NCBI GenBank assembly: GCA_041489155.1
Contig: JBGPQP010000006.1
Coordinates: forward strand, 1,338-65,337
DNA: 64,000 bases
Origin: Candidatus Aenigmatarchaeota archaeon
GTDB lineage: Archaea > Aenigmatarchaeota > Aenigmatarchaeia > QMZP01 > QMZT01
Reading direction: 5' to 3'
Below, piece after piece: positions 53,796 to 63,170 of the stretch. Numbering within the stretch: the stretch's first letter is position 1; every line of letters begins with the position of its first letter. A program made the translations under genes and the position numbers. The notes beneath the pieces are model-generated. The model ran no database searches. It was given only the letters and a program-made list of their open reading frames with translations, and was not told where the DNA came from.

Positions 53796-55169
53796 TTAAT
53801 TACTGAAAGGCTCTGTAATTTTCGCGGGCAGGATCGAAGGTGGAAGGCTGTAAATTTTGTTCCCGTTCTTCTGTATCATATACCAGTCCATGGGCCTCTT
53901 CAGGACTGATTTGAATATGGCCAAGGAAACCGAAAAGGAAACCAGGACTCCTACGGTAAATGAGGATACGAACAGCTTTGGGAACATGAGCAGGCGTCTG
54001 TTTTTCTTGAGGGCGACGAGGCTGGCCGCTATGAAGCCTGACGTGAGAATGACGTTTCTGCCGACTGACCTCGTGAATTCGAGGAGATTGACTGGACCGG
54101 GGACATTGGTTATGAAAGACATGGTTCCCGAAACCAGAAGCAATGTCAGTATCGGGGCAGTAAGGTAGCCTAACAGAACGAAAGCAAGCATGAGCTTCTG
54201 TTTGATGTTAAAATTTCTGTTGAAAAGTATCTGTTTCTTGTGGTCCATGAACGCGCGTATCGTGCCGTAAGCCCAGCGCATCTGCTGGCGCTTGAAGCCC
54301 TTGAACGTGAACGGGCTCTCTCCGGGCGTGACAAGGTCTGGAAGATAAACGTTCTTGTATCCCATCTCCATTATCCTTATCGAAAACTCCGTGTCTTCGG
54401 TCAAGCTCCCGTTCTGCCAGCCTCCGAGCTTTATCAGCACGTCCTTCCTCACTGCCTCGGCAGAGCCGCATATGAACGAAACGCCGAACCTGTTTATCAG
54501 GGGAAGCGTGAGATGGTGGTAGACTATAAGTATCGAGGAAGACAGGCGAGACACAAGATTCTGGTCGGCGTTGATGAACTCCCATCGCGCCTGCACGCCT
54601 GCGACTTTTTTGTCTTCGATAAAAGGTCTGACTATCCTGCTCAGGAAATCTTTAGATGGGATGAAATCCGAGTCGAATATCGCTATTATCTCTCCTTTCG
54701 AGTGATGTAGCATGTTGTTGAGGTTGCCTGCCTTGAAGCCTGTGTTGGTCGGTCTTCTTATGATTTTAATTCTGTCCTTATGCTTCTCTGCGAACTCGTC
54801 TATCGTCCTGGCTACGCTTTCTTCATTGCTGTCGTCGCCGATTATTATCTCATACTTGTTTTTCGGGTAATCGAACTCCAGGCATTTTTCAGCGCAGCGG
54901 ATGGCAACAGGTTCGTTGTAGGTTGGGATCTGGATCGTGACAAAAGGCAGTTTCTCTGGCGGGGTTTTGACTGTCTCTTTGTAGCTTCTCGGCTTTGAAA
55001 ACATGCCATTGATCGCAAGTATGTAAAAGAGCACCGAAAACATCGTCGCCACTATCAGGATGTTGTTGAATACCAGGTCGCTTGCCTGATATAGCGGCGG
55101 CTTTATGAAGGTATCCAATATTCTCGCTGCTTCAACGTATATCTGGTAAAAAAATCCCAAGTCAAGCAT
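53796..55169 (-). CDS. Processive family-2 glycosyltransferase, cellulose-synthase-like
   Basis: ATG 55169; the track start is GTG 55175. Motifs TYNEP, DDS, KAGNLN, DSD, TED and QQMRW, flanked by TM helices. Confidence 0.8.
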   Translation of the reverse strand: MLDLGFFYQIYVEAARILDTFIKPPLYQASDLVFNNILIVATMFSVLFYILAINGMFSKPRSYKETVKTPPEKLPFVTIQIPTYNEPVAIRCAEKCLEFDYPKNKYEIIIGDDSNEESVARTIDEFAEKHKDRIKIIRRPTNTGFKAGNLNNMLHHSKGEIIAIFDSDFIPSKDFLSRIVRPFIEDKKVAGVQARWEFINADQNLVSRLSSSILIVYHHLTLPLINRFGVSFICGSAEAVRKDVLIKLGGWQNGSLTEDTEFSIRIMEMGYKNVYLPDLVTPGESPFTFKGFKRQQMRWAYGTIRAFMDHKKQILFNRNFNIKQKLMLAFVLLGYLTAPILTLLLVSGTMSFITNVPGPVNLLEFTRSVGRNVILTSGFIAASLVALKKNRRLLMFPKLFVSSFTVGVLVSFSVSLAIFKSVLKRPMDWYMIQKNGNKIYSLPPSILPAKITEPFSN

Positions 55170-55177
55170 TAACACAC

Positions 55178-56431
55178 CTATTTAATAAAAGTTCCCTTCC
55201 CTCTTTTAAAAGCATAGGCCACTGCGCCAGATATTATCATGAGGTTCATCAGCAGCGTGTATGGGAAAAAGAAGAACACGCCTATGGACTTCCTGATGTC
55301 TATCTTCTCCCTGAACGTCCTGAATGACAGCAGTATCATAAAAAGCGTTATGAAGCCGGACATGATGCCGAAAATCGAGACTATCGATATGCCCCATTGC
55401 GGAAGCATGTAGATTGCGTAAAACGGCCCTATGAGGTTGAACCACCTGAAAAGGTAGAAGAACAGGTCAAAAAGCGTGGAGGAGTTGTAGGGTATCCAGT
55501 AGAATATCTGGTAAGTTATTATCGGGATCGCGATGAAAGAGTAAACCAGCCAGAAAAGCTGGATGAAGAATATCATCATTATCACTATGCCGTATTTCGG
55601 CCTCATCATGTCAGAGTTTTTCCTCAGGCTCTGCAGAATCCCGTTCCACCATCTCGCTCTCTGCCTGAAGAGCGGGACTATCTCGTGCGGCACGATGGTC
55701 CTGCCCACTGCGCTCTTCATGCTCAAGGTTTTGTAGCCCGCCCGTTTGACCTGCAGTATTATGTCGAAATCCTCGGCCTCTGTCCTTTTGTTGAAGCCGC
55801 CTATGGCAGCAAGAACCTCCTTCCTGAAGGCCGCGAAGGCGCCGCAGAAGAGGAACGAAGTCCCGAAAACCGTTGAGAAGCTGTCCATGATGAGCGAAAG
55901 GTAAGCGTATTCTATCGCCTGGAAGGCTGAAAGCATGTTGCGATTGCCGTTTTTAACATTTGCAACCCCGCTTACCGCCCCTATTTTGGGGTCGCTGAAC
56001 GGTGAAACCATGTTCTTAAGCGCGTTGCCGTCTATAAGGACATCCGAGTCCAGGGTAACTACTATTTCGCCTATCGCCTTCGAAGCGCCGAAATTAAGGG
56101 CTTCAACCTTGCCTTTGTGCTTTTGTTCGATTACCCTTACGCCGCCGAAACCTTTGGCGATTGCAACGCTCCTGTCTGAGGAGCCGTCGTCGACCACTAT
56201 GACTTCCAATTTTTCTTTGGGGTAATCCGCATTATTCACTGCTTCGAGGCAGGCGCCTATGTTTTTTTCCTCGTTATAACACGGAATTACTATGCTCACC
56301 TTTGGTTCATTTCCCATCGTCCATGTACGTTTTTTAAAAAATGCCGCAAGCGTTACCAGGAAGATGAAAGTCAGCACTGCAAAAAGGACCATGAATACAA
56401 GACCTGAAAAAAGCATTATTGGGTCTTCCAT
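55178..56431 (-). CDS. Processive family-2 glycosyltransferase, PgaC/NodC/chitin-synthase-like
   Basis: CYNEEKNI, DDGSSD, DSD, EAEDFD, RQRARW; N- and C-terminal TM bundles. Confidence 0.8.
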   Translation of the reverse strand: MEDPIMLFSGLVFMVLFAVLTFIFLVTLAAFFKKRTWTMGNEPKVSIVIPCYNEEKNIGACLEAVNNADYPKEKLEVIVVDDGSSDRSVAIAKGFGGVRVIEQKHKGKVEALNFGASKAIGEIVVTLDSDVLIDGNALKNMVSPFSDPKIGAVSGVANVKNGNRNMLSAFQAIEYAYLSLIMDSFSTVFGTSFLFCGAFAAFRKEVLAAIGGFNKRTEAEDFDIILQVKRAGYKTLSMKSAVGRTIVPHEIVPLFRQRARWWNGILQSLRKNSDMMRPKYGIVIMMIFFIQLFWLVYSFIAIPIITYQIFYWIPYNSSTLFDLFFYLFRWFNLIGPFYAIYMLPQWGISIVSIFGIMSGFITLFMILLSFRTFREKIDIRKSIGVFFFFPYTLLMNLMIISGAVAYAFKRGKGTFIK

Positions 56432-56513
56432 ATTAATATTTGGAAATTACGGCATTTAAACCATAAAAATGAATGAAGTCGGTCTTTGTCTGGTTGCATG
56501 ATGACATGTAAAA

Positions 56514-57974
56514 TTAAATCTCATAGATTGACCATGCAGAATTCGTATATATCAAACTGAGATCACTTTTCTCATTGGTTATTACGTATTTTAATCCCGC
56601 CTGCTCCGCAAGGTCTCTTATGCTTTCCCCTGCTTTGAGCCCTTCCTTTATTTTTTGGTTGGTCTCGCGTTGCTTCATGTAAGCATCAGAAAACTTTTCC
56701 AGATATGAAATCTCGGGTTCCAGCGGTATTTTGCCTGACAAAACCCCGAACCATGCCGGAGCCCGGTCGACATAGACTTTTACATTATTCTTGTCATGTT
56801 CTCCGAGCCAAAGCGCTGCCTCTTGCAAAGAAGGCTCTGCCGAAATCTCCGGGTCAAACCAGACGTTTTTCGCATAGCTGAAATGGTACAGCTGGAAAGC
56901 TAACAGCATGGCTACGAAAAATATTATTACAAGCGGACCGCGATTCCTGAAATATTTTGAAACCTCAATCACGCCGAACGACGCCAGGAGAGCGGCAGGT
57001 ATGGTAAGCACGTCGAAAATCTTTAGCTGGGTATAGGGGACGTGGAAAACCGAGAAGGCAAAGCATGCTATGAAGAAAATTTTAATGAACCTGTCCTTTG
57101 TAACGGACAGGCCGATGAATGACAGCACAAGAATGAGAGGGGTGAAATAGTCCAAGCCGAAAAGGTATTTAGAGAGTGTTTCTGCAGGCCAGAACCAGAA
57201 AACAGGCTGGTATGCGTTGTAAACGACGTTCTGCCAGTCTCCCGAAAACATGTTCATCGCTATCATCACGTATTTGGGAAGCCACGCTGCCGAGATCGCG
57301 AATGGCAGTAGCAACAGCAAAGGGTAAAGCGGTTTCTTTTCGCTGAAAAGAGGCGGCAGAACGAAATAAAGATAAACGAGGAAGGAAACTATCGGCATAA
57401 AGGGGTGCGAAAGGAAAACGAGGCCCGTCATTATCCCGGCCATGAGGTATCTGCCTTTTTTCAGATAATAAAGTTCCAGCATCAGCAGTTCCATCGCCAG
57501 CAGCTGCGGGAACTCGCCGAAAATGAAGACATTCGAGAGGAACGGCAGCAGCACAAATACCGCTGCCGAAAGCAGTGCCACTTTCCTGTCATAAAGTGAG
57601 CCGAGCAGGTACGCGCATAAGGGTATCATGGCCCATAAAATTATCCCCACCATTATCACTGCATCAGCCAGCGGAAAGCCAACAAGGCTGAACAAAAGGA
57701 CAATGTAGTGGAAAAGCGGCGGGTAGGTGAAGTCGTTGGAGGCATAGGGCTCCCATGAATTCGGATAACCCTGCTGGCGCAGGATATTGACAATCTCGCT
57801 GTGTATCGCGGGGTCATGCGTTATCGAAACGGGGTAATGCGCATAAACGCCCATGATTATTGACAATGCAACGAGGGATGCGAGTAAAATCCTTTCCTTG
57901 TCTTTTAGCAGCCCGAAAATTTTAACTTTATTTCTGGTTTCCACTTTCCTGATTTTTTTACTGGCCTTTTTCAT
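56514..57974 (-). CDS. Polytopic membrane protein, GT-C-like / polymerase-like
   Basis: 486 aa, 12 or more TM segments plus a C-terminal soluble domain. No diagnostic motif recognised. Confidence 0.6.
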   Translation of the reverse strand: MKKASKKIRKVETRNKVKIFGLLKDKERILLASLVALSIIMGVYAHYPVSITHDPAIHSEIVNILRQQGYPNSWEPYASNDFTYPPLFHYIVLLFSLVGFPLADAVIMVGIILWAMIPLCAYLLGSLYDRKVALLSAAVFVLLPFLSNVFIFGEFPQLLAMELLMLELYYLKKGRYLMAGIMTGLVFLSHPFMPIVSFLVYLYFVLPPLFSEKKPLYPLLLLLPFAISAAWLPKYVMIAMNMFSGDWQNVVYNAYQPVFWFWPAETLSKYLFGLDYFTPLILVLSFIGLSVTKDRFIKIFFIACFAFSVFHVPYTQLKIFDVLTIPAALLASFGVIEVSKYFRNRGPLVIIFFVAMLLAFQLYHFSYAKNVWFDPEISAEPSLQEAALWLGEHDKNNVKVYVDRAPAWFGVLSGKIPLEPEISYLEKFSDAYMKQRETNQKIKEGLKAGESIRDLAEQAGLKYVITNEKSDLSLIYTNSAWSIYEI

Positions 57975-57975
57975 A

Positions 57976-59073
57976 TTATCTGTTTATTTTATACCAATAT
58001 AATCTGAACAGATGTTTTAGGTAACGAATCTCTTCGGCCAGGCCCAGCTTGCTCTTGCCGTGTTTTCTGTCGACGAAGGTGTAAGGTACTTCAGTGACCT
58101 TCGCCTCGCTCTTTACGAAAATCTCAAGCCCTATCTTGTAGCCTGTGGGGTTCAGCTTCCTGCCTTCTATCGCTTCTTTCTTGAAGAAAAAGAAACCTGA
58201 CATGGGGTCCTTGACTTTTGTCAGCGGCCTTGCCAGCAAGCCTGCTCCCCTAGAAATTATTTTCCTTCTGGCAGGCCAGCCGCTTATTTTTCCGCCACGG
58301 ACATATCTGCTGCCCACGCTTATGTCCGCTTCATCCGCAATCAAAGGTCTGAGCACATCCGGGATGATTGCCGGCGGATGCGACATATCGGCGTCCATCA
58401 CCCCGATTATCTCCCCTTCCGCGCTCCTGATGCCGTCAAGCACCGCCGTCGAAAGGCCCATCTTGCCTGGCCTGCGGATCACTTTAATGCGATAATCTTT
58501 CTTCAGTTTTTCCGCGATTTCCCCGGTTCCATCCGGCGAATTGTCGTCGACTATTACGACTTCTCCTCTCACCCCGCTCTTTTCCAGCGCCTGGAAAATC
58601 CCGGGCACAAGCATTCCTATGTTCTCCTTTTCGTTGTAAGTCGGTATGATTATGGAAACCAGCGGGTTCATGCCCACGCGGAAGGTTTTGGCTGGTTCTT
58701 CGTAAACCCACGTAAATTTCAGGTTAATGAAATAGTTCCAGTAGAAAACAATGCCTATTGCGAGCAGATTGGACATGAGATAATACAGGCCAAAAAGGAC
58801 CGTGAAGGCATAGAGCAGCACAACATTCAGCAGCATGCCTCCGACGCAGATAACGTTGTATTTGCCGAGCCTTTTCCATACGCTTTCCCTTTTCTCCCGG
58901 TCGCGGAAGGTCCATTTCTCGTTTATGGCGAAATTGGTTAACAATGCTATTTCGACGGCGATAACGCTTGAGATCAAAAAATATATTCCAAACACGTCAG
59001 TGAAAACGAAAAGCAGCACTTCGTTTATCAGAAGACCATTGAGCCCGACCAGCATGAATTTGCCAATTCTCAT
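57976..59073 (-). CDS. GtrA-like domain fused to a polyprenyl-phosphate glycosyltransferase (Dpm1-like GT2)
   Basis: Start moved to ATG 59073 (ATGA overlap with the truD stop). GtrA-type 4-TM N-domain (FMLVGLNGLLINEVLLF...NEKWTFRD), then IPTYNEKENI, VDDNSPDGT and MDADMSHPP. Confidence 0.8.
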   Translation of the reverse strand: MRIGKFMLVGLNGLLINEVLLFVFTDVFGIYFLISSVIAVEIALLTNFAINEKWTFRDREKRESVWKRLGKYNVICVGGMLLNVVLLYAFTVLFGLYYLMSNLLAIGIVFYWNYFINLKFTWVYEEPAKTFRVGMNPLVSIIIPTYNEKENIGMLVPGIFQALEKSGVRGEVVIVDDNSPDGTGEIAEKLKKDYRIKVIRRPGKMGLSTAVLDGIRSAEGEIIGVMDADMSHPPAIIPDVLRPLIADEADISVGSRYVRGGKISGWPARRKIISRGAGLLARPLTKVKDPMSGFFFFKKEAIEGRKLNPTGYKIGLEIFVKSEAKVTEVPYTFVDRKHGKSKLGLAEEIRYLKHLFRLYWYKINR

Positions 59074-60164
59074 TCTCCCGCCTTCAGAACTTCGCTCAAA
59101 ACGACAGTCGCATAAGAACCTTTCGGAATCTCGAAATACAGAAGGCATTTGATTTTGCCTTCGTTTAGCTCGTCCTTCTCGAATTCCCACCTCAGCTTGT
59201 CCGCCCTGGCAAGCCTTTCGCGCTCGCTGCCCTCGCATGAGAGCTCGGGCATTGATTTAATGCTAAAATCTTCGGCAGCGATGCCTTCCATTTCAAGGAT
59301 TTTTTCCATTGCCTTACTTGTTTTGTATTCTGATAAATCTGTATTGAAGCCTGTGAGAGGCAACTTTTCCTCGTCGCATGCCTTTGCCATCTCGTTCCAT
59401 AGATACGACTGATATGCGTGAACCAGCATCATGCGAAACTTCTTCGGCAGCCTGCGCAGAGCGCCTGCATAATCGGTCGGCTTTTGCACCAGATGGTTCA
59501 TCAGGATTATTTCGTTCCTCAGCATCCTCGGGCATTCTCTCAGGCCTTGTCTGACATCGCCGCTTTCCCTCAGGCGCTTCCTGAACTCGGTTATTGCGTC
59601 GCTCCCGCTGCCTTCATGCGCTAGGTAAAGCCAGACAGCTTCCTTCAGGTTGTTCTTCAGGACTGCCTTGCCGACCAGATGCGTGTCGCCGCGCATGCCG
59701 AATCTCTGCTCGCCGAAATAGTTGACGAAGCCGTTTTTCTTTATCCTCTCCAGGTTTTTCTCGATTTTTTGTCTTTCTTTCGGGTCAACATCCCTTACCG
59801 TTATCTCGAACTCATTCGCCTTAAGGTCGCCGAGGTTTATTCTCTCGCGCTTCTCCTCGAAATTCGAAAGCTCGATGTCTTTGAGCCTTATCTCCCTGAG
59901 CTTTTCAACAGGCACGTTCCACACGGAAATCTTCTGCGTCGTAATCGCCCGCTTGTCCTTCGTGCCGGCGTAGCCGAAGCGCTTAGGTGAAACGCCGAGC
60001 CTTGATGCAAGAATCTTGATGCAGCGGAAAAGGTCGTAATTGCATTTAGTCAGGTCACACCAGACATACGCTCCGTCTTCGCTTTTCCATCCATCCTTCT
60101 GCGGCTGCTTCTCGAATATTTCGCGTACGACGAAGTCCTCCGGAAACTGCTTTATTCTCGGCAT
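59070..60164 (-). CDS. truD: tRNA pseudouridine synthase D (TruD/Pus7 family)
   Basis: MPRIKQFPEDFVVREI and the catalytic GYAGTKDKRAITTQ. Confidence 0.88.
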   Translation of the reverse strand: MPRIKQFPEDFVVREIFEKQPQKDGWKSEDGAYVWCDLTKCNYDLFRCIKILASRLGVSPKRFGYAGTKDKRAITTQKISVWNVPVEKLREIRLKDIELSNFEEKRERINLGDLKANEFEITVRDVDPKERQKIEKNLERIKKNGFVNYFGEQRFGMRGDTHLVGKAVLKNNLKEAVWLYLAHEGSGSDAITEFRKRLRESGDVRQGLRECPRMLRNEIILMNHLVQKPTDYAGALRRLPKKFRMMLVHAYQSYLWNEMAKACDEEKLPLTGFNTDLSEYKTSKAMEKILEMEGIAAEDFSIKSMPELSCEGSERERLARADKLRWEFEKDELNEGKIKCLLYFEIPKGSYATVVLSEVLKAGE

Positions 60165-60199
60165 AAAGTGTTTTTATTTCAGGTATTTTTAATACACAT

Positions 60200-61471
60200 A
60201 TGGAGTTCGAGAGGGATTTTGACATCGAGATGGCCGATTTCGGTGTCCAGAAAATGTATTCGCTCACGTGGGACCATGGCTATGGTGGAACGGTGGCCTG
60301 CCTGCCGGCAATAGATGAAGGCATCGTTTACTTCGGCTGCGATAATTATTTCCTTTACGCCCTTGATGTCGAAACCGGAAAAGAGATATGGAAGTTCAGG
60401 GCCGGCGACTGCGCCGGCAATTATCCTCCTGTTGTCGCTGGCGAGTTTGTTTTTTTCGGTTCCTATGATGGATACCTTTACATGCTGAAAAAGAAGAGCG
60501 GGGAGCTTGTCTGGAGGTTCAAGACTGGTGGCAAGGTCGTTTCGGGCGTGACCTGTTCTGAAGGGAGAGTAGTCTTTGGCTCAAGGGATTGTTATGTTTA
60601 TTGCTTGGACATTAACGGGAACGAGATGTGGAGATTCAGGACAGGTAATCAGATATTATCCACGCCCGCCATAATCGGCGGGAAGGTTTACATCGGCAGT
60701 TATGATGGCTGTATGTATTGTCTGGACTTTGAAACCGGAAAGGAAATCTGGAGGTTCAGGACAGGAGGTGCAGTCGGCAGCTTGGCTCCTATGAACATAA
60801 AAGATGATAAGATATTTTTCGGCTCATGGGACTTCAACATGTATTGCCTGAACAGGCATACAGGAAAGGAAATCTGGAGGTTCCGAGCTGGAAGGGGGAC
60901 TATGAACTGCGGAGAGGTGCATGACGGCGTGTTGTATTTCGGCGCCAAGGACGGATTCCATGCAATCGATGTCTCTGACGGAAAGGAATTGTGGATGATT
61001 AAGCTCGGCTATCTTCCACACTCTTCACACGTCTGTGTTTATGAGGACAGGATATATTTCGGCGGGGGTGAAGACAGCTACGAAAGAGGCGTTTTAATGT
61101 GCGTCAATAAGCAGGGGAAAATTTTATGGGAATTCGTTACGAATGGCCCCTGCTGGCTGGGACCTCAAATCAAAGACGACAAGCTGGTCACAGGCTCCTG
61201 GAATTGTTATTTCTACAGACTTGACCCTAAAACAGGAAAAGTGATCTGGCAATTCAAAACGGGAGGAACACCGTCGAAAGAAAAAGTCATCGACTTCAGC
61301 GAGGTCGCGCTGGTGACAATCATAACGGGGAAGGGCGTGTTCAAGGAGGAAGTGAAAGAGGAAAAATACGAAACCGTTCCGGAAATAGAAATGCATGACA
61401 ACGTTTACGTCACAAAGAGCGAATATTCGATCGGCTCGAAAATTTATAAATCCGAAACAGGTTATAGATAA
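60200..61471 (+). CDS. PQQ-like beta-propeller repeat protein (paralog of 34668-35957)
   Basis: Repeats GKEIW(K/R)FR(A/T)G.; no signal peptide; acidic C-terminal tail similar to that of its paralog. Confidence 0.8.
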   Translation: MEFERDFDIEMADFGVQKMYSLTWDHGYGGTVACLPAIDEGIVYFGCDNYFLYALDVETGKEIWKFRAGDCAGNYPPVVAGEFVFFGSYDGYLYMLKKKSGELVWRFKTGGKVVSGVTCSEGRVVFGSRDCYVYCLDINGNEMWRFRTGNQILSTPAIIGGKVYIGSYDGCMYCLDFETGKEIWRFRTGGAVGSLAPMNIKDDKIFFGSWDFNMYCLNRHTGKEIWRFRAGRGTMNCGEVHDGVLYFGAKDGFHAIDVSDGKELWMIKLGYLPHSSHVCVYEDRIYFGGGEDSYERGVLMCVNKQGKILWEFVTNGPCWLGPQIKDDKLVTGSWNCYFYRLDPKTGKVIWQFKTGGTPSKEKVIDFSEVALVTIITGKGVFKEEVKEEKYETVPEIEMHDNVYVTKSEYSIGSKIYKSETGYR

Positions 61472-61512
61472 ACTCATAAACGCTGTTCGAGAACATAGCC
61501 AGGAGTGTTTTT

Positions 61513-63159
61513 ATGGACCTTGAGAAAGAGCTTAGTTCACTGCTGAGAAAGCACGGCGACGTGCGTAGGAACCATGCAATAGAGAAGGTGGTCCAGGACG
61601 TTGTCAGGCGGAAAGAAGCGGTGGTCTCGGCGAATGGCGCGCTGGCCAAATGGACGCCGCCCGAATCGACGGGTCGGAGCCCGAAGGACACGTACATAGT
61701 CAGGAACGAGGAAACCCTTGAAACCGTGGACTGGGACTCGCCGAACAGCAACGCGATGGAGCCGAAGACTTTTGAAATGCTTCTCGAGGATGCGCTGAAT
61801 ACGCTCGCCGGCAAGAAAACGCTTTACGTCACTCACAGAGTCCTGGGAGCGGATGTTTCGTATGCGCTGCCGGCGACCATCGTCACTGACAGCGCGCTGA
61901 CGACGCTTTTCGTCTACCACATGTTCAGGCCGATACACGAGGACATGCACAAAAGCGTCTTCCACGGCAAAGACTTCATTCTGCTTGCACTGCCGTACGA
62001 CAAGCTCGACCCGAAGAGATACGAGGGCCGCCTGCGAATCGTGCCGGAAAAGAAGCAGACTTCTGACATGGCAATCGCTATCGACTTCGTCAACAGGATC
62101 GGCGTTGTTTTCGGCTCATCATACTGCGGCAGCGTGAAGAAGCTCATGTTCACAGTCATGAATTACATGCTACCTGCGAAAGGCGTCCTCCCTTTGCACT
62201 GCTCGGCGAACGAGGGGAAGAAGGGCGACATGGCGCTGTTCCTTGGCCTTTCAGGGACAGGGAAGACGACGCTTTCCGCTGATCCTGACCGGGCGCTGCT
62301 CGGAGACGATGAGCACGGATGGGACGAAAGGGGTATAGCGAACTTCGAGAACGGTTGCTACGCGAAGCTTATCAATCTTAACCCTGCGAAGGAGCCTGAA
62401 ATTTACAATGCGATAATGCACAAGGACAAATACACGAAGCACGGCGCAATCGTCGAGAACGCGATGATTTATCCGGACGGGAGGTTCGACTTCAGCGACA
62501 ACCGCTTCACGGAAAATTCGAGGGGTTCGTACCCGCTGCGCTACCTGAAGAACACGAAGAAATCCTCGACCAGCGGCCATCCGAAGACCATCGTATTCCT
62601 TACCGCCGATGCGAACGGCGTCCTGCCGCCTATTTCTAAACTCAACGAACGGCAGGCGATGCTCTGGTTTCTGATGGGCTACACGAGCAAGCTCGCAGGG
62701 ACGGAGACAGGCATCATCGAGCCGAAGACTACGTTCTCGCGCTTCTTCGGAGAACCGTTCATGCCGAGGAATCCGGATATCTATGCAAAGATGCTCGGGC
62801 AGAAGATGATGAAGCACAAGGCCAACGTTTACCTGATAAACACAGGCTGGAGCGGAGGGCCTTACGGAGTGGGCAAGAGGATAGATATAATCATGACGAG
62901 GAAGATGGTCACCGCAGCGCTCAATGGCAACCTTGAAGAAACCGAATATCAGGAAAACGAAACCTTCCATCTCTCCGTCCCGAAGAGCTGCCAAGGCGTC
63001 CCGAGCGAGATGCTCGACCCGAGAAACACGTGGCAGGATAAAGCCGCTTACGACGAACGCGCGAGAAAGCTCGCAAAAGAGTTCGCGGACAAGTTCGACC
63101 AGACATACGGCAAAAAAGACATGGATAAGACGATAGAGGCTCAGTGCCCTGGAAAATAA
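61513..63159 (+). CDS. pckA: Phosphoenolpyruvate carboxykinase (ATP)
   Basis: AGGAGUG SD. GLSGTGKTTLS kinase-1a, GDDEHGW and NTGWSGG motifs; 548 aa. Confidence 0.9.
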   Translation: MDLEKELSSLLRKHGDVRRNHAIEKVVQDVVRRKEAVVSANGALAKWTPPESTGRSPKDTYIVRNEETLETVDWDSPNSNAMEPKTFEMLLEDALNTLAGKKTLYVTHRVLGADVSYALPATIVTDSALTTLFVYHMFRPIHEDMHKSVFHGKDFILLALPYDKLDPKRYEGRLRIVPEKKQTSDMAIAIDFVNRIGVVFGSSYCGSVKKLMFTVMNYMLPAKGVLPLHCSANEGKKGDMALFLGLSGTGKTTLSADPDRALLGDDEHGWDERGIANFENGCYAKLINLNPAKEPEIYNAIMHKDKYTKHGAIVENAMIYPDGRFDFSDNRFTENSRGSYPLRYLKNTKKSSTSGHPKTIVFLTADANGVLPPISKLNERQAMLWFLMGYTSKLAGTETGIIEPKTTFSRFFGEPFMPRNPDIYAKMLGQKMMKHKANVYLINTGWSGGPYGVGKRIDIIMTRKMVTAALNGNLEETEYQENETFHLSVPKSCQGVPSEMLDPRNTWQDKAAYDERARKLAKEFADKFDQTYGKKDMDKTIEAQCPGK

Positions 63160-63170
63160 TTTTGAAAAAC

